Origin: an uncultured delta proteobacterium
Lineage (GTDB): Bacteria; Desulfobacterota; Binatia; UBA9968
Reading direction: 5' to 3'
NCBI GenBank assembly: GCA_963745835.1
Contig: CAVUZH010000023.1
Span: forward strand, 14,209-78,208
Length of the DNA: 64,000 bases
Positions within the stretch are counted from its first letter, which is position 1, and the number at the start of each line of letters is the position of its first letter. This document shows, piece after piece, positions 1 through 10,989 of the stretch. The translations under genes were made by a program, and so were the position numbers. A model generated the notes under the pieces. That model was not told where the DNA came from. It was given only the letters and a program-made list of their open reading frames with translations, and did not search any database.

Positions 1-801
1 CAGAGCATCCTCAACCGATATCTGCGCCGGTGGTGGAGCATTCAGCCATTGAGCAAACGCAGGGAGCCATTCGCGCACCGCTAAAGGTTGATCATTCGCA
101 ATCAGATAAATCCCAGGATTGCCTTGCTCTGCTGCTGCAACGGTGGCAATCGCCGCGTCTTCAATGTGTAACCACGACCAGACGCCTTCGCCATTGCCGA
201 CGATCGGGAACTGTTGCTGTCGCACCTGTTGGGCAACATCGCCATCGGGGGTGAACCAGGTCCCGGGTCCATAGAAAAAGCCATAACGCAGGGCAATCCC
301 TTCTATGTTGGGATTTCCTAGTAAGCGATGCTCAAGCTCAGTTACTACGCGGGCATCTGCTGCAACCGCAGGCGAGGCATCAAAGGCTAGAGGCGTTTCT
401 TCATCTGCCAATCCAGGACCGGGAACCGCCCAGAAGGCGATTGACTGCCTCACGTAACGCCGCACACTCGCCGCTTGCGCGGCTGCCAGCACATTGGCGC
501 CTCCTTCTAAACGGAGGCGAGTGTTGAACGCGGCGGCGGCATTCAGTGACTCGCGGGTGTAGGTTCTGGGTAGGGCGGTGAGTTGTTCAATCACAACTTC
601 CGGCTGAGCGCGACTGACAATCGCTTTGACCGCATCGGTATCAAATACATCGGCGATGGCAGGTTCTATGCCTTGTCCCACTAAAGCCTGAGCTTTTTCT
701 GGAGAACGAGTCAGAGCAACTAGAGCGTGTCCTTTGGCAAGCAATTCCGCGATCAGCGGACGACCGATCGCTCCCGTTCCCCCTGCAACAAAAATCTTCA
801 T
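1..801 (-). CDS. NAD-dependent epimerase/dehydratase (atypical SDR), 3' end outside window
   Basis: Manual translation from ATG 801: MKIFVAGGTGAIGRPLI (GxxGxxG) ... LRYGFFYGPG ... WLHIEDAA. AGGAGG RBS upstream. Open to the window edge. Confidence 0.85.
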   Translation of the reverse strand, partial: MKIFVAGGTGAIGRPLIAELLAKGHALVALTRSPEKAQALVGQGIEPAIADVFDTDAVKAIVSRAQPEVVIEQLTALPRTYTRESLNAAAAFNTRLRLEGGANVLAAAQAASVRRYVRQSIAFWAVPGPGLADEETPLAFDASPAVAADARVVTELEHRLLGNPNIEGIALRYGFFYGPGTWFTPDGDVAQQVRQQQFPIVGNGEGVWSWLHIEDAAIATVAAAEQGNPGIYLIANDQPLAVREWLPAFAQWLNAPPPAQISVEDAL

Positions 802-916
802 CTGTGAACCTCCTGTTGAAGTATGGAACTATTGAAACCGGCTACTGTAAGGATTCGAACCGGCGTATCCGGGCGCGCCTTCAACGCTTGATGAGAGTGC
901 GGTCACTCGAACGGCG

Positions 917-1606
917 TCATCGGGGAAGAACATGAAGGACCTCCTCCATGTGGCGGTCGGCTGCTGCAGCTGCCTCCTCCGGACTGCTGCCATTCTGACG
1001 CGCGCTCAAGTAGGGCGCGTACCAGTCCCACCAGTGGTGCTGGGCGTGCGTCTTCTCGTAGCGGTCGTGGTGCTCCGATGTCTCGCGGAGGAGCGCTGCA
1101 AGGGTCGCGACGTCCACGGCTGTTGCTCGCGTCGACTTCCATTCGCGGCCGGGAAGCCGCGACTTGATCTCCTGGAGCAGCCAGCCGTTCCCGTCCGGAT
1201 CCTCGAACGAGGCAAACGAGAAGTAGGAACGACCTTGCGGGTCGCGCCCGCCGACGCGCGGCTTCTCCACGGCGTTGTTGAAGGGGCCGCCAGCGTAGTG
1301 GAAGACCTCGCTCACGTCGACGCCGCGGGCGATCAAGTCGTCGCGGGCGGCGTCGATGTCGTCGACGGCGAGGACCAGGCTGGGCGCCGAGCCGGGCTTG
1401 GCCGACCTGATTCCCTTGCCGAAGATGATCGAGGCTTCCGAGTTGTGCGGCGTCATCTGCACGCCGCGGAAGTCGCCCGCCGCGACGTCGATGTCGAGCC
1501 GCCAGCCGAGATTCTCGTAAAACGCCTTGGCGCGGTCGACGTCAGAAACGCCGAGCAGGACGACTTCGAGCTTCATGTCGAATGATACTTTTTCTAGTTC
1601 GGTCAT
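917..1606 (-). CDS. VOC/glyoxalase family protein with C-terminal His/Trp-rich extension
   Basis: LEVVLLGVSDVDRAKAFYENLGW ... SFEDPDGNGWLLQE. AAAGGAG RBS before MTELEK. Confidence 0.85.
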   Translation of the reverse strand: MTELEKVSFDMKLEVVLLGVSDVDRAKAFYENLGWRLDIDVAAGDFRGVQMTPHNSEASIIFGKGIRSAKPGSAPSLVLAVDDIDAARDDLIARGVDVSEVFHYAGGPFNNAVEKPRVGGRDPQGRSYFSFASFEDPDGNGWLLQEIKSRLPGREWKSTRATAVDVATLAALLRETSEHHDRYEKTHAQHHWWDWYAPYLSARQNGSSPEEAAAAADRHMEEVLHVLPR

Positions 1607-1722
1607 TGTGTGTTCTCCTTTCAAGACATAAAACTGCCGCGACAGCCTAGAGAGAAGAGATCGATTCGACGATCTCCTTTGTGGTCACAATGGCATTGGC
1701 GTGAGCCTTTCGGTAGCACGCC

Positions 1723-2169
1723 CTATCGCTGAACGGGTGGCTCCACGAACGTCGCGATGGGCTGGCCTGTCTCGACGATATACGTCGACAGCATCTTCCC
1801 GGTTTCCGGGCCGATGTCGCGCGCATTATGAGGAGTCCGCGGCGGGATCAGGAATCCATCTCCTGGGCGCAGTACTACGGTGGCACGTCCCTGTACCCTC
1901 ATCTCCACCTCACCTGCGATGATGTAGCCGACCTCTTCTCCTGGATGAACGTGCCATCCGGACTCGACTCCCGCCGGAATGAACGTCTCCACCTGCACCA
2001 TCTCGCGTTTTGGAATCGATAACGGCGAGCGTTGGACCTCGCGCCGAGCAAGCTTGCCCGCCAGGTCGTCCCCTGTCCCTTTTTTGGCCTGTCCAGATGC
2101 GGGGGCCATGTAGGCGACTATGCCGGCCATCGCTACAACTGCAACCAGCACGAAAACAATCCGTCTCAT
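1723..2169 (-). CDS. Secreted cupin domain protein
   Basis: Signal peptide; cupin motifs GWHVHPGEEVGY and IPPRTPHNA. Confidence 0.85.
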   Translation of the reverse strand: MRRIVFVLVAVVAMAGIVAYMAPASGQAKKGTGDDLAGKLARREVQRSPLSIPKREMVQVETFIPAGVESGWHVHPGEEVGYIIAGEVEMRVQGRATVVLRPGDGFLIPPRTPHNARDIGPETGKMLSTYIVETGQPIATFVEPPVQR

Positions 2170-2209
2170 ACGATGCCTCCTTCGATATGCTTAAGTCAGA
2201 TACGCATTC

Positions 2210-2974
2210 TCACCGGGTCAGTTCGCCGAGAAGAATAAGGGCTGCGAACCCCGCAGCGGCGAGAACGCCGGAATAGCGGGGCCCATTGTGGAAGGCCTCC
2301 GGGATCATGGTTTCCGCCGTCATGGCGATGAGCGCCCCGGCTCCGTATGCCTTGAGGATTGCCATCGCGTGAGAGCCAAGGTCACTCAGGAAGTAGAAGG
2401 CAAGAGCCGTAATCGCCGCAGTGACAAGCGTAGTACCGCTCCATAGGATCAGCACGTAAGTAGATGAGCGGGACGCGAGACGCATACCGGCTGTCCCGGA
2501 AAGTGCCTCTGGCACGTTCGCGAGCGAGAGCGCGATGACCAGTGCCAGATCGGATAACCCGGTCCTCAGGCTGACGCCAAGGACTAGCGCCTCTGGCACA
2601 GCATCAAGCGCGGTGCCGAGCGCAATGGAGGTGCCGCTGCCGGGCGCCTCGGCTTCCGACGGCTGCGGCTTGCATTCCCCGCAGCGCTTGCGGTCGTTGG
2701 CGTTTGCGAGAGCTGCGTTCGCGATGCTGAATGTAGCGGCACCGGCAACAATTCCGCCTACAGTCGATGCCGCACCAGCCGAAATGAGCGCCTCGGATGC
2801 GACTTTGAACGAGGCAGCTGAGAGCAGCACGCCGGCCCCGAGCGACATGAAAGCGGCGATGGCCCGGTGCCGGAGATGCGTTATCAGCCCCAGAATTGCC
2901 CCGACAAGCGCGCCGGACGCCGGAGCTAACCCCCAGCAGAAGGCCCACAGCGCTCCAATAATACCTTCGGACAT
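2210..2974 (-). CDS. ZIP-family (ZupT-like) metal transporter
   Basis: Multi-TM; motifs GAGVLLSA, LDAVPEAL, ANVPEALS, ETMIPEAF. Start at MSEGII after AGAGGAG. Confidence 0.8.
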   Translation of the reverse strand: MSEGIIGALWAFCWGLAPASGALVGAILGLITHLRHRAIAAFMSLGAGVLLSAASFKVASEALISAGAASTVGGIVAGAATFSIANAALANANDRKRCGECKPQPSEAEAPGSGTSIALGTALDAVPEALVLGVSLRTGLSDLALVIALSLANVPEALSGTAGMRLASRSSTYVLILWSGTTLVTAAITALAFYFLSDLGSHAMAILKAYGAGALIAMTAETMIPEAFHNGPRYSGVLAAAGFAALILLGELTR

Positions 2975-3135
2975 TGCCTGCTCCTCTTGGTCGTGAGCCA
3001 CGGAATCCGGCGGACGGCAAAAGGACTGTGCAAAAGGAACTCGCTCGCACAGCAACAACGGAGCAACGTACTACGTACCCGCGCTGTGCATTGTTGTGCA
3101 CACCTCTAACGTGCGATTCGCTGGACGATCTGCTG

Positions 3136-3657
3136 TTACGCCTGCTTTGCAACCTTGTCGGTGCGAATGGGCAGTCTCCAGTTAGGCCGGACGAAATGGC
3201 AGGTGTAGCCGCCGGGATATCGTTGGAGATAATCCTGATGCTCGGGTTCGGCCTCCCAGAAGTCGCCTGCCGGAACGACTTCCGTAACGACCTTGCCCGG
3301 CCACAGGCCGGAAGCATCGACGTCGGCGATGGTGTCTTCGGCAATCCGCTTCTGTTCGTCACTGGTGTAGAAGATCGCAGATCGATAGCTGGTCCCGACG
3401 TCGTTGCCCTGGCGATTGCGCGTGCTCGGGTCGTGAATCTGGAAGAAGAATTCGAGGATCCGCCGATAGCTGATCCGGGCAGGATCAAAAATGATCTCGA
3501 CTGCTTCCGCGTGTCCGGGATGATTGCGATACGTCGCATGGGAGTTGGTCCCGCCGGTGTAGCCGGCCCGTGTCGACAGAACGCCGTCGTAGCGGCGAAT
3601 GAGATCCTGCACGCCCCAGAAGCAACCGCCGGCAAGAACAGCACGTTCCTCAGTCAT
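3136..3657 (-). CDS. msrA: Peptide-methionine (S)-S-oxide reductase MsrA
   Basis: GGCFWG motif, HAEAVEI, EPEHQDY. Start overlaps the msrB stop. Confidence 0.95.
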   Translation of the reverse strand: MTEERAVLAGGCFWGVQDLIRRYDGVLSTRAGYTGGTNSHATYRNHPGHAEAVEIIFDPARISYRRILEFFFQIHDPSTRNRQGNDVGTSYRSAIFYTSDEQKRIAEDTIADVDASGLWPGKVVTEVVPAGDFWEAEPEHQDYLQRYPGGYTCHFVRPNWRLPIRTDKVAKQA

Positions 3658-4103
3658 TGGACATCCTCCACTTGGTTCAAGTAAGCGCCATAACCCTCGG
3701 TTTCCATATCGTCGCGATGGATAAACCGTAGGGAGGCTGAGTTGATGCAATAGCGCAATCCACCGCGATCGCTCGGACCGTCGGGAAACACGTGCCCGAG
3801 ATGGCTGTCAGCGTGCGCCGAGCGCACCTCGGTGCGAATCATGCCGTGCGCGGTGTCTCGCAGCTCGTTGACGTTGGCCGGTTCGATGGGCTTGGTGAAG
3901 CTAGGCCAGCCGCATCCCGATTCAAACTTGTCGGAGGATGCGAACAGCGGCGCACCCGACACGATATCGACGTAGATACCCGGTTCCTTATTATGCAGAT
4001 ATTCCCCTGTTCCAGGAGCCTCCGTGCCGTTTTGCTGAGTTATGCGATACTGCTCCGGCGAGAGCCTTGAGATGGCGTCGGGGTCCTTGCTGAATTTACT
4101 CAT
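3654..4103 (-). CDS. msrB: Peptide-methionine (R)-S-oxide reductase MsrB
   Basis: [26 protein letters not shown]. Confidence 0.95.
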   Translation of the reverse strand: MSKFSKDPDAISRLSPEQYRITQQNGTEAPGTGEYLHNKEPGIYVDIVSGAPLFASSDKFESGCGWPSFTKPIEPANVNELRDTAHGMIRTEVRSAHADSHLGHVFPDGPSDRGGLRYCINSASLRFIHRDDMETEGYGAYLNQVEDVQ

Positions 4104-4260
4104 TTCTTTCTCCTCGTGTCGGAGGTGTATGGAAGGAACGTCGCACGAACTCTCGACGATCGGTGCGCTTGATTCCCGGCTGCTGCAGTTGCGCCGCGTG
4201 CAGCGCCAACCCGCTTGCTACCAGCAGCGCCGCTGCCGCGATGGTTCGAATCGTTTTCAT
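4096..4260 (-). pseudogene. Truncated secreted-protein (probably cupin) remnant
   Basis: [34 protein letters not shown]... with GAGGGGAG RBS. Resembles the N-terminus of secreted cupins but ends after 54 aa. Confidence 0.45.
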
Positions 4261-4297
4261 GTGAATCTCCCCTCGTCCTTTGAATCAAACATGGTGG

Positions 4298-5659
4298 TCA
4301 GTGTGCCAGTCGAAGTGATCTGAACGCGGCGCGGAGTTCGCTAGCAAAGAGTTCGGGCTGCTCCCACGCCGCGAAATGGCCGCCTTTGTCGAGCTTGTTG
4401 TAATAGATCAGTTTGGGATACGCGCGCTCTGTCCAGCTCCGCGGCGCTTCATATTGCTCGCCGGGAAAGACACTCACGGCAACCGGAATGGAGACGCCCT
4501 TGGCGTTGAAAAAGCCACCCTTATATTCCCAATAGAGACGAGACGCAGAGACCCCCGTGTTCGTCAGCCAATAAAGCGTGATGTTGTCCAGGATCTCATC
4601 ACGGGTCAGTTCGCCCGTGGCGCTCGAGGTCCGGTTCAGAGCCGCGGCGACCGTCGCCGCCGGCTGACCGTCAGCATCATTGTGGTCGAGAAGCCAGGCC
4701 GCCAGGCCGACGGGGGAATCCGCAATGCCGTACAAGGTTTGCGGGCGCGACCCCATCAACCGAGCGTAGTCGACTTGCTTGAAGGTTCTTTCCAGCTGCT
4801 CATAGGCGCGTCGTTCCTCGGCTGAGAGACCGGATGGCGGTGGGCGCCCCGCAAGAAGAGCCTTGTCCACGTCAGCTGGAACGGTGGCAGGCATGTTGGT
4901 GTGGATGGCGAGCAATCCTGCAGGTGCCTGCAAGCCCATCTGGTCGACGACAAACGCACCCCAGTCGCCGCCCTGGGCGACGTAGTTGTTGTAGCCGAGG
5001 CGCTTCATCAGTTCTGCCCAGGCTCGGCCCATCCGCTCGGGGCCCCAGCCGGTGCTCGTCGGCTTGCCGGAAAACCCGTAGCCCGGCATCGACGGAATCA
5101 CCACATGGAAAGCGTCCAATGCGCTACCGCCGTGTGCCGTGGGATTGCTCAGCGGATCGATAATCTTCAGCTGCTCGATGATCGAGCCGGGCCACCCGTG
5201 AGTGACGATCAGCGGCAACGCATTTTCATGCTTAGAACGAACGTGAATGAAATGGATGTCGAGCCCATCGATCTGGGTGATGAATTGGGGCAGGGCGTGA
5301 AGCGTCGCTTCGACTCTGCGCCAGTCGTAGTCCGTTCCCCAGTAGCGCAACAGTGCCTGGAGCTTCGCCAATTGCACACCTTGAGATTGATCGGTGACCG
5401 TCTCCTTCTCGGGCCATCGGGTCGCCGCCACACGCCGCCGAAGGTCGACGAGTGCCTCGTCCGGAATGTTAACGCGGAAGGGGCGAATTGCGGTGTCTTT
5501 GGCCGCTTGGATGACGGAGGCTTCGCGATCGGCGGCCGCAACGGTCTGGGCGTAGCTGATGGCCGGGGCAATTATTGGTGCCTGCCATCCGTGGCTTGCG
5601 GCAAACCCGCTGCCGGCCGTGAGCACCACGGCGCCAAACCAATACACTAGCTTTTTCAT
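4298..5659 (-). CDS. Epoxide hydrolase (EHN + alpha/beta hydrolase) with signal peptide
   Basis: IRPFRV, HGWPGS oxyanion motif, QGGDWG nucleophile, GGHFAAWEQP. Confidence 0.9.
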   Translation of the reverse strand: MKKLVYWFGAVVLTAGSGFAASHGWQAPIIAPAISYAQTVAAADREASVIQAAKDTAIRPFRVNIPDEALVDLRRRVAATRWPEKETVTDQSQGVQLAKLQALLRYWGTDYDWRRVEATLHALPQFITQIDGLDIHFIHVRSKHENALPLIVTHGWPGSIIEQLKIIDPLSNPTAHGGSALDAFHVVIPSMPGYGFSGKPTSTGWGPERMGRAWAELMKRLGYNNYVAQGGDWGAFVVDQMGLQAPAGLLAIHTNMPATVPADVDKALLAGRPPPSGLSAEERRAYEQLERTFKQVDYARLMGSRPQTLYGIADSPVGLAAWLLDHNDADGQPAATVAAALNRTSSATGELTRDEILDNITLYWLTNTGVSASRLYWEYKGGFFNAKGVSIPVAVSVFPGEQYEAPRSWTERAYPKLIYYNKLDKGGHFAAWEQPELFASELRAAFRSLRLAH

Positions 5660-5892
5660 GTGTCTTTCGACTTTCTCCCGCGCAATGGGCTGTGTTATGT
5701 CCGGCATCTTTCCGGTTTGTGTTGCTGCCGTAGGTTGTTTCTGAAAACGCTTCGTTTGGACGTTCGTCTAACGCAGCATTTATTGTAAGCGTCAGCCGGC
5801 TGACCCCGTCCGCTGAATCAAAGGGGAGATACAGCAAGATGCTTCAGTGGCTCTAGTCAAGATCAGATTAGGCCTTAGATCTAACTCTGCCG

Positions 5893-5965
5893 TGGAAGCG
5901 GTTCTGTCTAATTTTGGACACTCGCGAGCATTTCTGAGGTAGCAATGTCCAGAACGATGTACTGA
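5893..5965 (+). mobile_element. Possible IS3-family left-end remnant
   Basis: TGGAAGCGGTTCTGTCTAATTTTGGACAC resembles IS3-type IRs from memory. It is followed by a stub ORF MSRTMY*; no transposase is present. Confidence 0.25.
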
Positions 5966-6684
5966 GAGGCACGTAAAACATAGCAGTCGTCAATGCAGGA
6001 ACGGTATTCCCGCTTATTCTACGGCTTTAGGCTTCGACCCACGTAATTTCATGAGCGCTTCAGAATACAAAGCCTTTGCCCTAGGCCTTCACTTCACAAA
6101 ATTACCGAAGGACGCCTCAGTTGTATCTGGGTTAGTAAACTCATTAGAGCCGAGTGCCAGCCTCCGTGATGACCGGGCGAGAGGCACGATGGAAATGCGA
6201 TCCAACCCCTCCGATCATCGAATGGAATCTATTTCTTGGAGGCGCTGTATAGATCCCAAACCGTGCGTTGTTGGTCATCAGAGAGAAGCTGGTCAACAGA
6301 GCCATCAACCTTGGCCACTGTTAACACACCGCCAGTCAATGCGTCCGAACTGCTATTTTCGTAGGTGTTACGCTCTGAGCAATCCGATGTTCAGTTTCCG
6401 TGTTGCAGTCACGGCGGCTGCTCGATAATGTCTCCAAGCATTTTTGGGTTCGATTTCGAACTGAGAGGAGATTCACATGGCGATTGATTTCGTTGTCGGC
6501 GAGTGAAGCGGCGGGAGCACGCACGCAACCAGTCGCAGTGTCAGGCATGAGTTATTGACTTAGTTCATCGATCATCGGTGGTGTCACATCTCAACGTAGG
6601 AGCGGGGTCCTGCGGTTTCAGTTTGAACGAAGTATTCGGGATTACCCGCCGCCGCCCGGCAGAAGGGCTAACTCGAAAAAAGTT

Positions 6685-6748
6685 GTTCCAACCGTTCCAG
6701 TGGTTCCGGACGTTTCAAGGTTCAAGCGCTAAAGTACGGGTTGAAACG
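6685..6748. repeat. Degenerate ~9-mer GTTCCANNN tandem array
   Basis: gttccaacc gttccagtg gttccggac gtttcaag gttcaa ... ttgaaac; same unit as 46800-46898. Confidence 0.65.
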
Positions 6749-6844
6749 ACCGGCTCTTTTTGCAGTGACAACGCTGCTCGGTTATCTGCGCAAATCTTTT
6801 ACGAGAAGCGAAAAGGGGACATGCTGAATCTTGTCCTGTGGCGC

Positions 6845-7840
6845 TCATCTTTTATACAACTGCTTGATAAATCCTGACGTCTCCAGTTCTTGGACGAAAC
6901 TCATATCGACGAAACTCTTGGGATCGGCTGTCGCGGCTTTTGGCGTGCGCGGCGCAATGTCATCGAGCAGTGTCTTTACTCCTTCGGCACTTGGGTACGG
7001 CACCTCCGGATAGGCGGCGTTATAGGCAAGGTAAGCGCGTTCCAAACCTTCCGGATCATTGCTCTTGAGGTTTTTGCCGATAAGCGCTTTGGTCTCTTCC
7101 TTGTTTGTCTTGATGTAATGAATCGCTTCGGTGAAAGCGCGCACGACGCGATTGACCAGCGGCCGCCGTTCCTTGACGGTTTTCTCGCGCGTGACAACGG
7201 CGTTGACGTGGTACGGAATTTTCAATTTGCCGATATCGAACAGGTCCCGGAAACCCATTTTCTCCGCTTCTCTGACCAACGGCTCGCCGAGCAGCGTGAA
7301 TTGCGTGATGTTGCGCGACAGAGCGGCGAGACGCTGCGGGTTTTCTCCGGTTGCGATAATCTTTGTTTCCTTTTCCGGATCGATGCCGAAACGGCGTAGG
7401 GCGAGACGCAAAGTCATGTCCGAGGTAGTGCCCAAGCGATTCACGCCGCCGGTTTTTCCCTTCAATTGTTCAACGCTGGTAATCTCCGCAAGCGAAACGA
7501 TGTGATCGATGAACAACGGCAAATTAGTCGATACCATGACTGTATCGGCGCCGGCTAAACGGGATGTCACCAGAGTGGCCGATGGGGCAATGATGAAATC
7601 CACCTCGCCGGTGAGCAATGCTTGAATTACGATTGTACTTGCGCTGATGCTGATCACCTCGGCATTGAGGCCGTTCTTCTTGAAGAAACCTTTCTGATCG
7701 GCCACCCATATCGGCGTATTGGACGGTGTACTGCCGGCCCAGGCGATGCGCATGCGTTCTTGAGCTAAGGCCGGCGCACCCGGTGCTAGCATGGCAAGAA
7801 GAATGAGCAAGACAAGCCGCAGGCATCGATGCATGAGCAA
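6845..7840 (-). CDS. ABC substrate-binding protein, SsuA/NMT1 family
   Basis: Signal peptide; GFFKKNGL, LKGKTGGVNRLG, DPKSFVDMSF. Confidence 0.85.
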   Translation of the reverse strand: MLMHRCLRLVLLILLAMLAPGAPALAQERMRIAWAGSTPSNTPIWVADQKGFFKKNGLNAEVISISASTIVIQALLTGEVDFIIAPSATLVTSRLAGADTVMVSTNLPLFIDHIVSLAEITSVEQLKGKTGGVNRLGTTSDMTLRLALRRFGIDPEKETKIIATGENPQRLAALSRNITQFTLLGEPLVREAEKMGFRDLFDIGKLKIPYHVNAVVTREKTVKERRPLVNRVVRAFTEAIHYIKTNKEETKALIGKNLKSNDPEGLERAYLAYNAAYPEVPYPSAEGVKTLLDDIAPRTPKAATADPKSFVDMSFVQELETSGFIKQLYKR

Positions 7841-8241
7841 ACCCTCCCCCTTCCGTTTGGGCTCCTTGATGAGCCGATTTTTCCGTGCGCGTGAAAAGAA
7901 GCGTGGGGCGAGTTATAGCGTTGCTGTGTTTTGACTGTCAATGGCAGATTGAACAGCTCGACTCATTACCGGCATCAGTTCAAACCAAGCCGCCGTGACA
8001 TAGTAAGTCAAGCAGAAGCCCGCGTAGCTCTCACAATGTTTGCCTGCGCATTCTCTGTTGCGTGTAAGATCGGCGCGGCGCCATTCCTTATCAAAAAAAA
8101 GTTCCAAGCGCATAGAGATGGGGCATGACAATTCCGTTGTGTGACTCGATTGATTACAACGACGGTATCAAAGCAGCTTGACACCTAGCCCGAGTTGGGA
8201 TACTCAGCCGGCAAGTTCTACTGTGAGACAGGAGGTGGCGT

Positions 8242-9229
8242 GTGAATCCAAGCACGAGATCGATTGTCTGTCTTCTGACGATCACCGTCCTCATCGCGCG
8301 GTTTCTCAAGCGCGGGCAATGCGCAGGGGCGGACTAAGATCAGGTACGCCTTGGGTGATGTCATTTCGATCGACGAACTGCCGCTTCTGATCGCGGTCGA
8401 GCAGTCAAAGCAGCGGGGCGTCGACGTGGAGGTTACTTCATTCAAGAGCGAAGAAGTGGCGACCCAGGCCGTGATCAACGGGCAAGCCGACGTCGGCCAG
8501 GGCACGCCATATGCGGCAGTTCAAAAGCTGTCGGTGCCGATCCGGTTTTTCTACCAGTTAAGCTCGCTCCTCTTCTACCCCGTGGTCAACAAGGAAAACT
8601 ACAAGACTTGGAAGGACCTCGATGGGCAGGAGATCGCAGTTCAGGGCCGCGGTTCCGGAACCGAGGCGATCATGATGCTGGCGGCGAAGGAACACGGCAT
8701 CAAGTACAAGAACGTGAGTTATGTTCCCGGCTCGCAAGTCCGGGCCTTGGCTCTGTTGAAAGGCAACATCAGAGCCACCATCCTCGATGCGCCCAACAAG
8801 AACCTGGTCATGAAAGATGGCGCCGACAAATTCATTATCCTGCCGCTTGGTAATGTCAAAGCCAGTGACGAAGCGCTTTTTGCCATGAAAGAGTTTCTCG
8901 ATAAAAACCAGGCCGGTGTCAGAATCTTTATCGAGGAGCTGACCAAAGTGGCGCGAGCCATTAATGCCAATCCCAAATGGGTTCTCGAGCAGCGCAAGAA
9001 ACTCGGGTTGCTCAAAGATCTTCCCGCCAAAATGGAAGAGGAGATCCTGCCGTTTTTTCAGGAGGCGGTGGAAAACGGCGTCTACCCCAATGATGGCGGA
9101 TTCGGAAACGCGGTAAAGAACGATCTTGAATTTTTCTATCTGTCGGGCGCGCTCAAGGGTGAAAACCTGAAGGCCGAAGATTTCTGGGATCTCGGACCGC
9201 TGAAGAGCGCTCTCGCCAACGTGAAATGA
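8242..9229 (+). CDS. ABC substrate-binding protein (NitT/TauT), frameshift in signal peptide
   Basis: GGAGG RBS plus GTG at 8242 gives a signal-like peptide that joins ORF 8351-9229 after a shift near 8300. Confidence 0.8.
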
Positions 9230-9434
9230 TTTGCGAGTCTCGGCTGGGAATGCCAGTAGTTGCCGCACGACCGAGTTATCATCGCGCATACTTGTGGCAC
9301 CGAAACACAGGGCCGGCGCTCAGCCCACTTGCGAATGTCCTTTCGGAGAAGAACACATCTGTCAAGGCGCAAGCCTGATGCTTGCCGTCGGAAGTATAGG
9401 TTTTCGGAAAGACCGTCAATGAACTGCTGATCCT

Positions 9435-10202
9435 GTGCAGCGCGTCAAGCCGATCGCCAACCGTGTTATTTTGCAGTTGCTCTCTTTTGTTTTTTTCTTC
9501 GGCATTTGGGAGCTGGCTGGCCGCTGGCCGATCAGCCTCGCCTTTCCTCCCTTCAGCGAAACGTTCTTGGCGCTGCTGCGCATGGTCGCCGACGGCAGTC
9601 TTTTGAAAGCGTATGTCTCAACCCTCCAGCCGCTGATCATTGGCGTCGTCATCTGTGGGATTGCCGGAATCGGCTTTGGCATTGCCATGGGGCTCTCGCG
9701 ATCGATCGAGTGGTTGAGCTTGCCGGTATTCATAATTCTGCAGGCGGCACCTATGGCGGCGTTGATCCCTCTGATCACCTATATGTACGGAATCGGTCTG
9801 ACCTCGAAAGTCCTGGCGGTGGTTGTGCTGGCGGCGCCTGTGATCGTCATGAACTCCTACAAAGGAATCCGCAACACTAACCCCTCGTTGATTCAAATGT
9901 GCCGGGCCTTTCTCGGAACTCGGCGGCAGGAAGTGATCAAAATCATTCTTCCTCATGCCGCCGGCCTCATCTTCGCCGGACTCAGACTGGGGCTTGCTAT
10001 GGGATTTATCGGCATCGTCATCGCTGAGTTGATGATTACCCCAACAGGCATCGGCGATCTGATTACCTATCATAGTTCGGTGGCGGGCTATGCCGAGATG
10101 TTTGCCGCAATCAGTTCGATTGTTGCTGTGGCGGCGTTTACCATCTTTGCGCTCGAGCGGCTGGAGCGAAAGCTATTTCCGCCTGAAATTCGAGAGTCCT
10201 GA
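9435..10202 (+). CDS. ABC permease (NitT/TauT)
   Basis: TM segments; EAA-like loop; AGLRLGL, IAELM. Confidence 0.9.
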   Translation: MQRVKPIANRVILQLLSFVFFFGIWELAGRWPISLAFPPFSETFLALLRMVADGSLLKAYVSTLQPLIIGVVICGIAGIGFGIAMGLSRSIEWLSLPVFIILQAAPMAALIPLITYMYGIGLTSKVLAVVVLAAPVIVMNSYKGIRNTNPSLIQMCRAFLGTRRQEVIKIILPHAAGLIFAGLRLGLAMGFIGIVIAELMITPTGIGDLITYHSSVAGYAEMFAAISSIVAVAAFTIFALERLERKLFPPEIRES

Positions 10203-10206
10203 CACC

Positions 10207-10962
10207 GTGGAAGCAATCATCGAGGTGAGAAACGTCGCCAAGACTTACGAAAGCGGCGTCGAAGCGCTCCGGGACATTACTTTGGCGCTTCCCCGCGGCG
10301 AGCTCAGCACGTTTTTGGGGCCGAGCGGTTGCGGCAAAACAACGCTCCTCAAGATCATTGCCGGGCTGATCTCGCCGAGTGAAGGCGAACTCTGGGTGAA
10401 AGGCAACAAAGTGAGCGGTCCCGGTCCGGAGCGCGCTTTCGTGTTTCAAGATTTCGCGCTGCTTCCCTGGGCAAGCGTGCTGCGCAACGTGGCCTTCGGA
10501 CTGGAGCTGCGCGGCATCCCGAAGAACGAGCGCCAGGAAATTGCCCGCAAATATATTGCGGAAGTCGGATTAACGAGCTTCGAGTCCCACTATCCACACC
10601 AACTCTCCGGAGGAATGAAACAGCGGGTCGGACTCGCCCGGGCGCTCGCGATTGACGCCGATATCGTGCTGATGGACGAGCCTTTCTCCTCGGTCGATGA
10701 ACAGACCCGGCGCAAATTTCAGGAAGAACTTCTCGACCTGCTCAAAATCAATCAGAAAACTGTGATCTTCGTCACCCATAGCATCGAGGAAGCCGCCTAT
10801 CTTTCTAATCAGATCATCTTGTTGTCGCAGCGGCCTGGAAGTGTCTTAAGAATCATTCGGCCGAACATTGAGCGCGGCGCGAGCGCCGACGAAATCAGAC
10901 GCGACAAGGGCTATCTCGATGCGGTCGACGAGATATGGAAAATCTTGAGGGATTACGTTTAG
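10207..10962 (+). CDS. ABC ATP-binding protein
   Basis: GPSGCGKT, LSGGMKQR, DEPF. Likely GTG start at 10207. Confidence 0.92.
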   Translation: MEAIIEVRNVAKTYESGVEALRDITLALPRGELSTFLGPSGCGKTTLLKIIAGLISPSEGELWVKGNKVSGPGPERAFVFQDFALLPWASVLRNVAFGLELRGIPKNERQEIARKYIAEVGLTSFESHYPHQLSGGMKQRVGLARALAIDADIVLMDEPFSSVDEQTRRKFQEELLDLLKINQKTVIFVTHSIEEAAYLSNQIILLSQRPGSVLRIIRPNIERGASADEIRRDKGYLDAVDEIWKILRDYV

Positions 10963-10989
10963 TCTTCCGCTTCGCTCAGGACCGCTGCC

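Noticed and set aside
841-870. tRNA suggested by GGTTCGAATCC on the minus strand
   Set aside because: The T-stem does not pair fully and no cloverleaf can be built.
2535-3684. Long antisense or overlapping ORFs (for example 2604-3644, 38151-39194, 46150-47067)
   Set aside because: Shadow frames of GC-rich real genes with no domain signatures.
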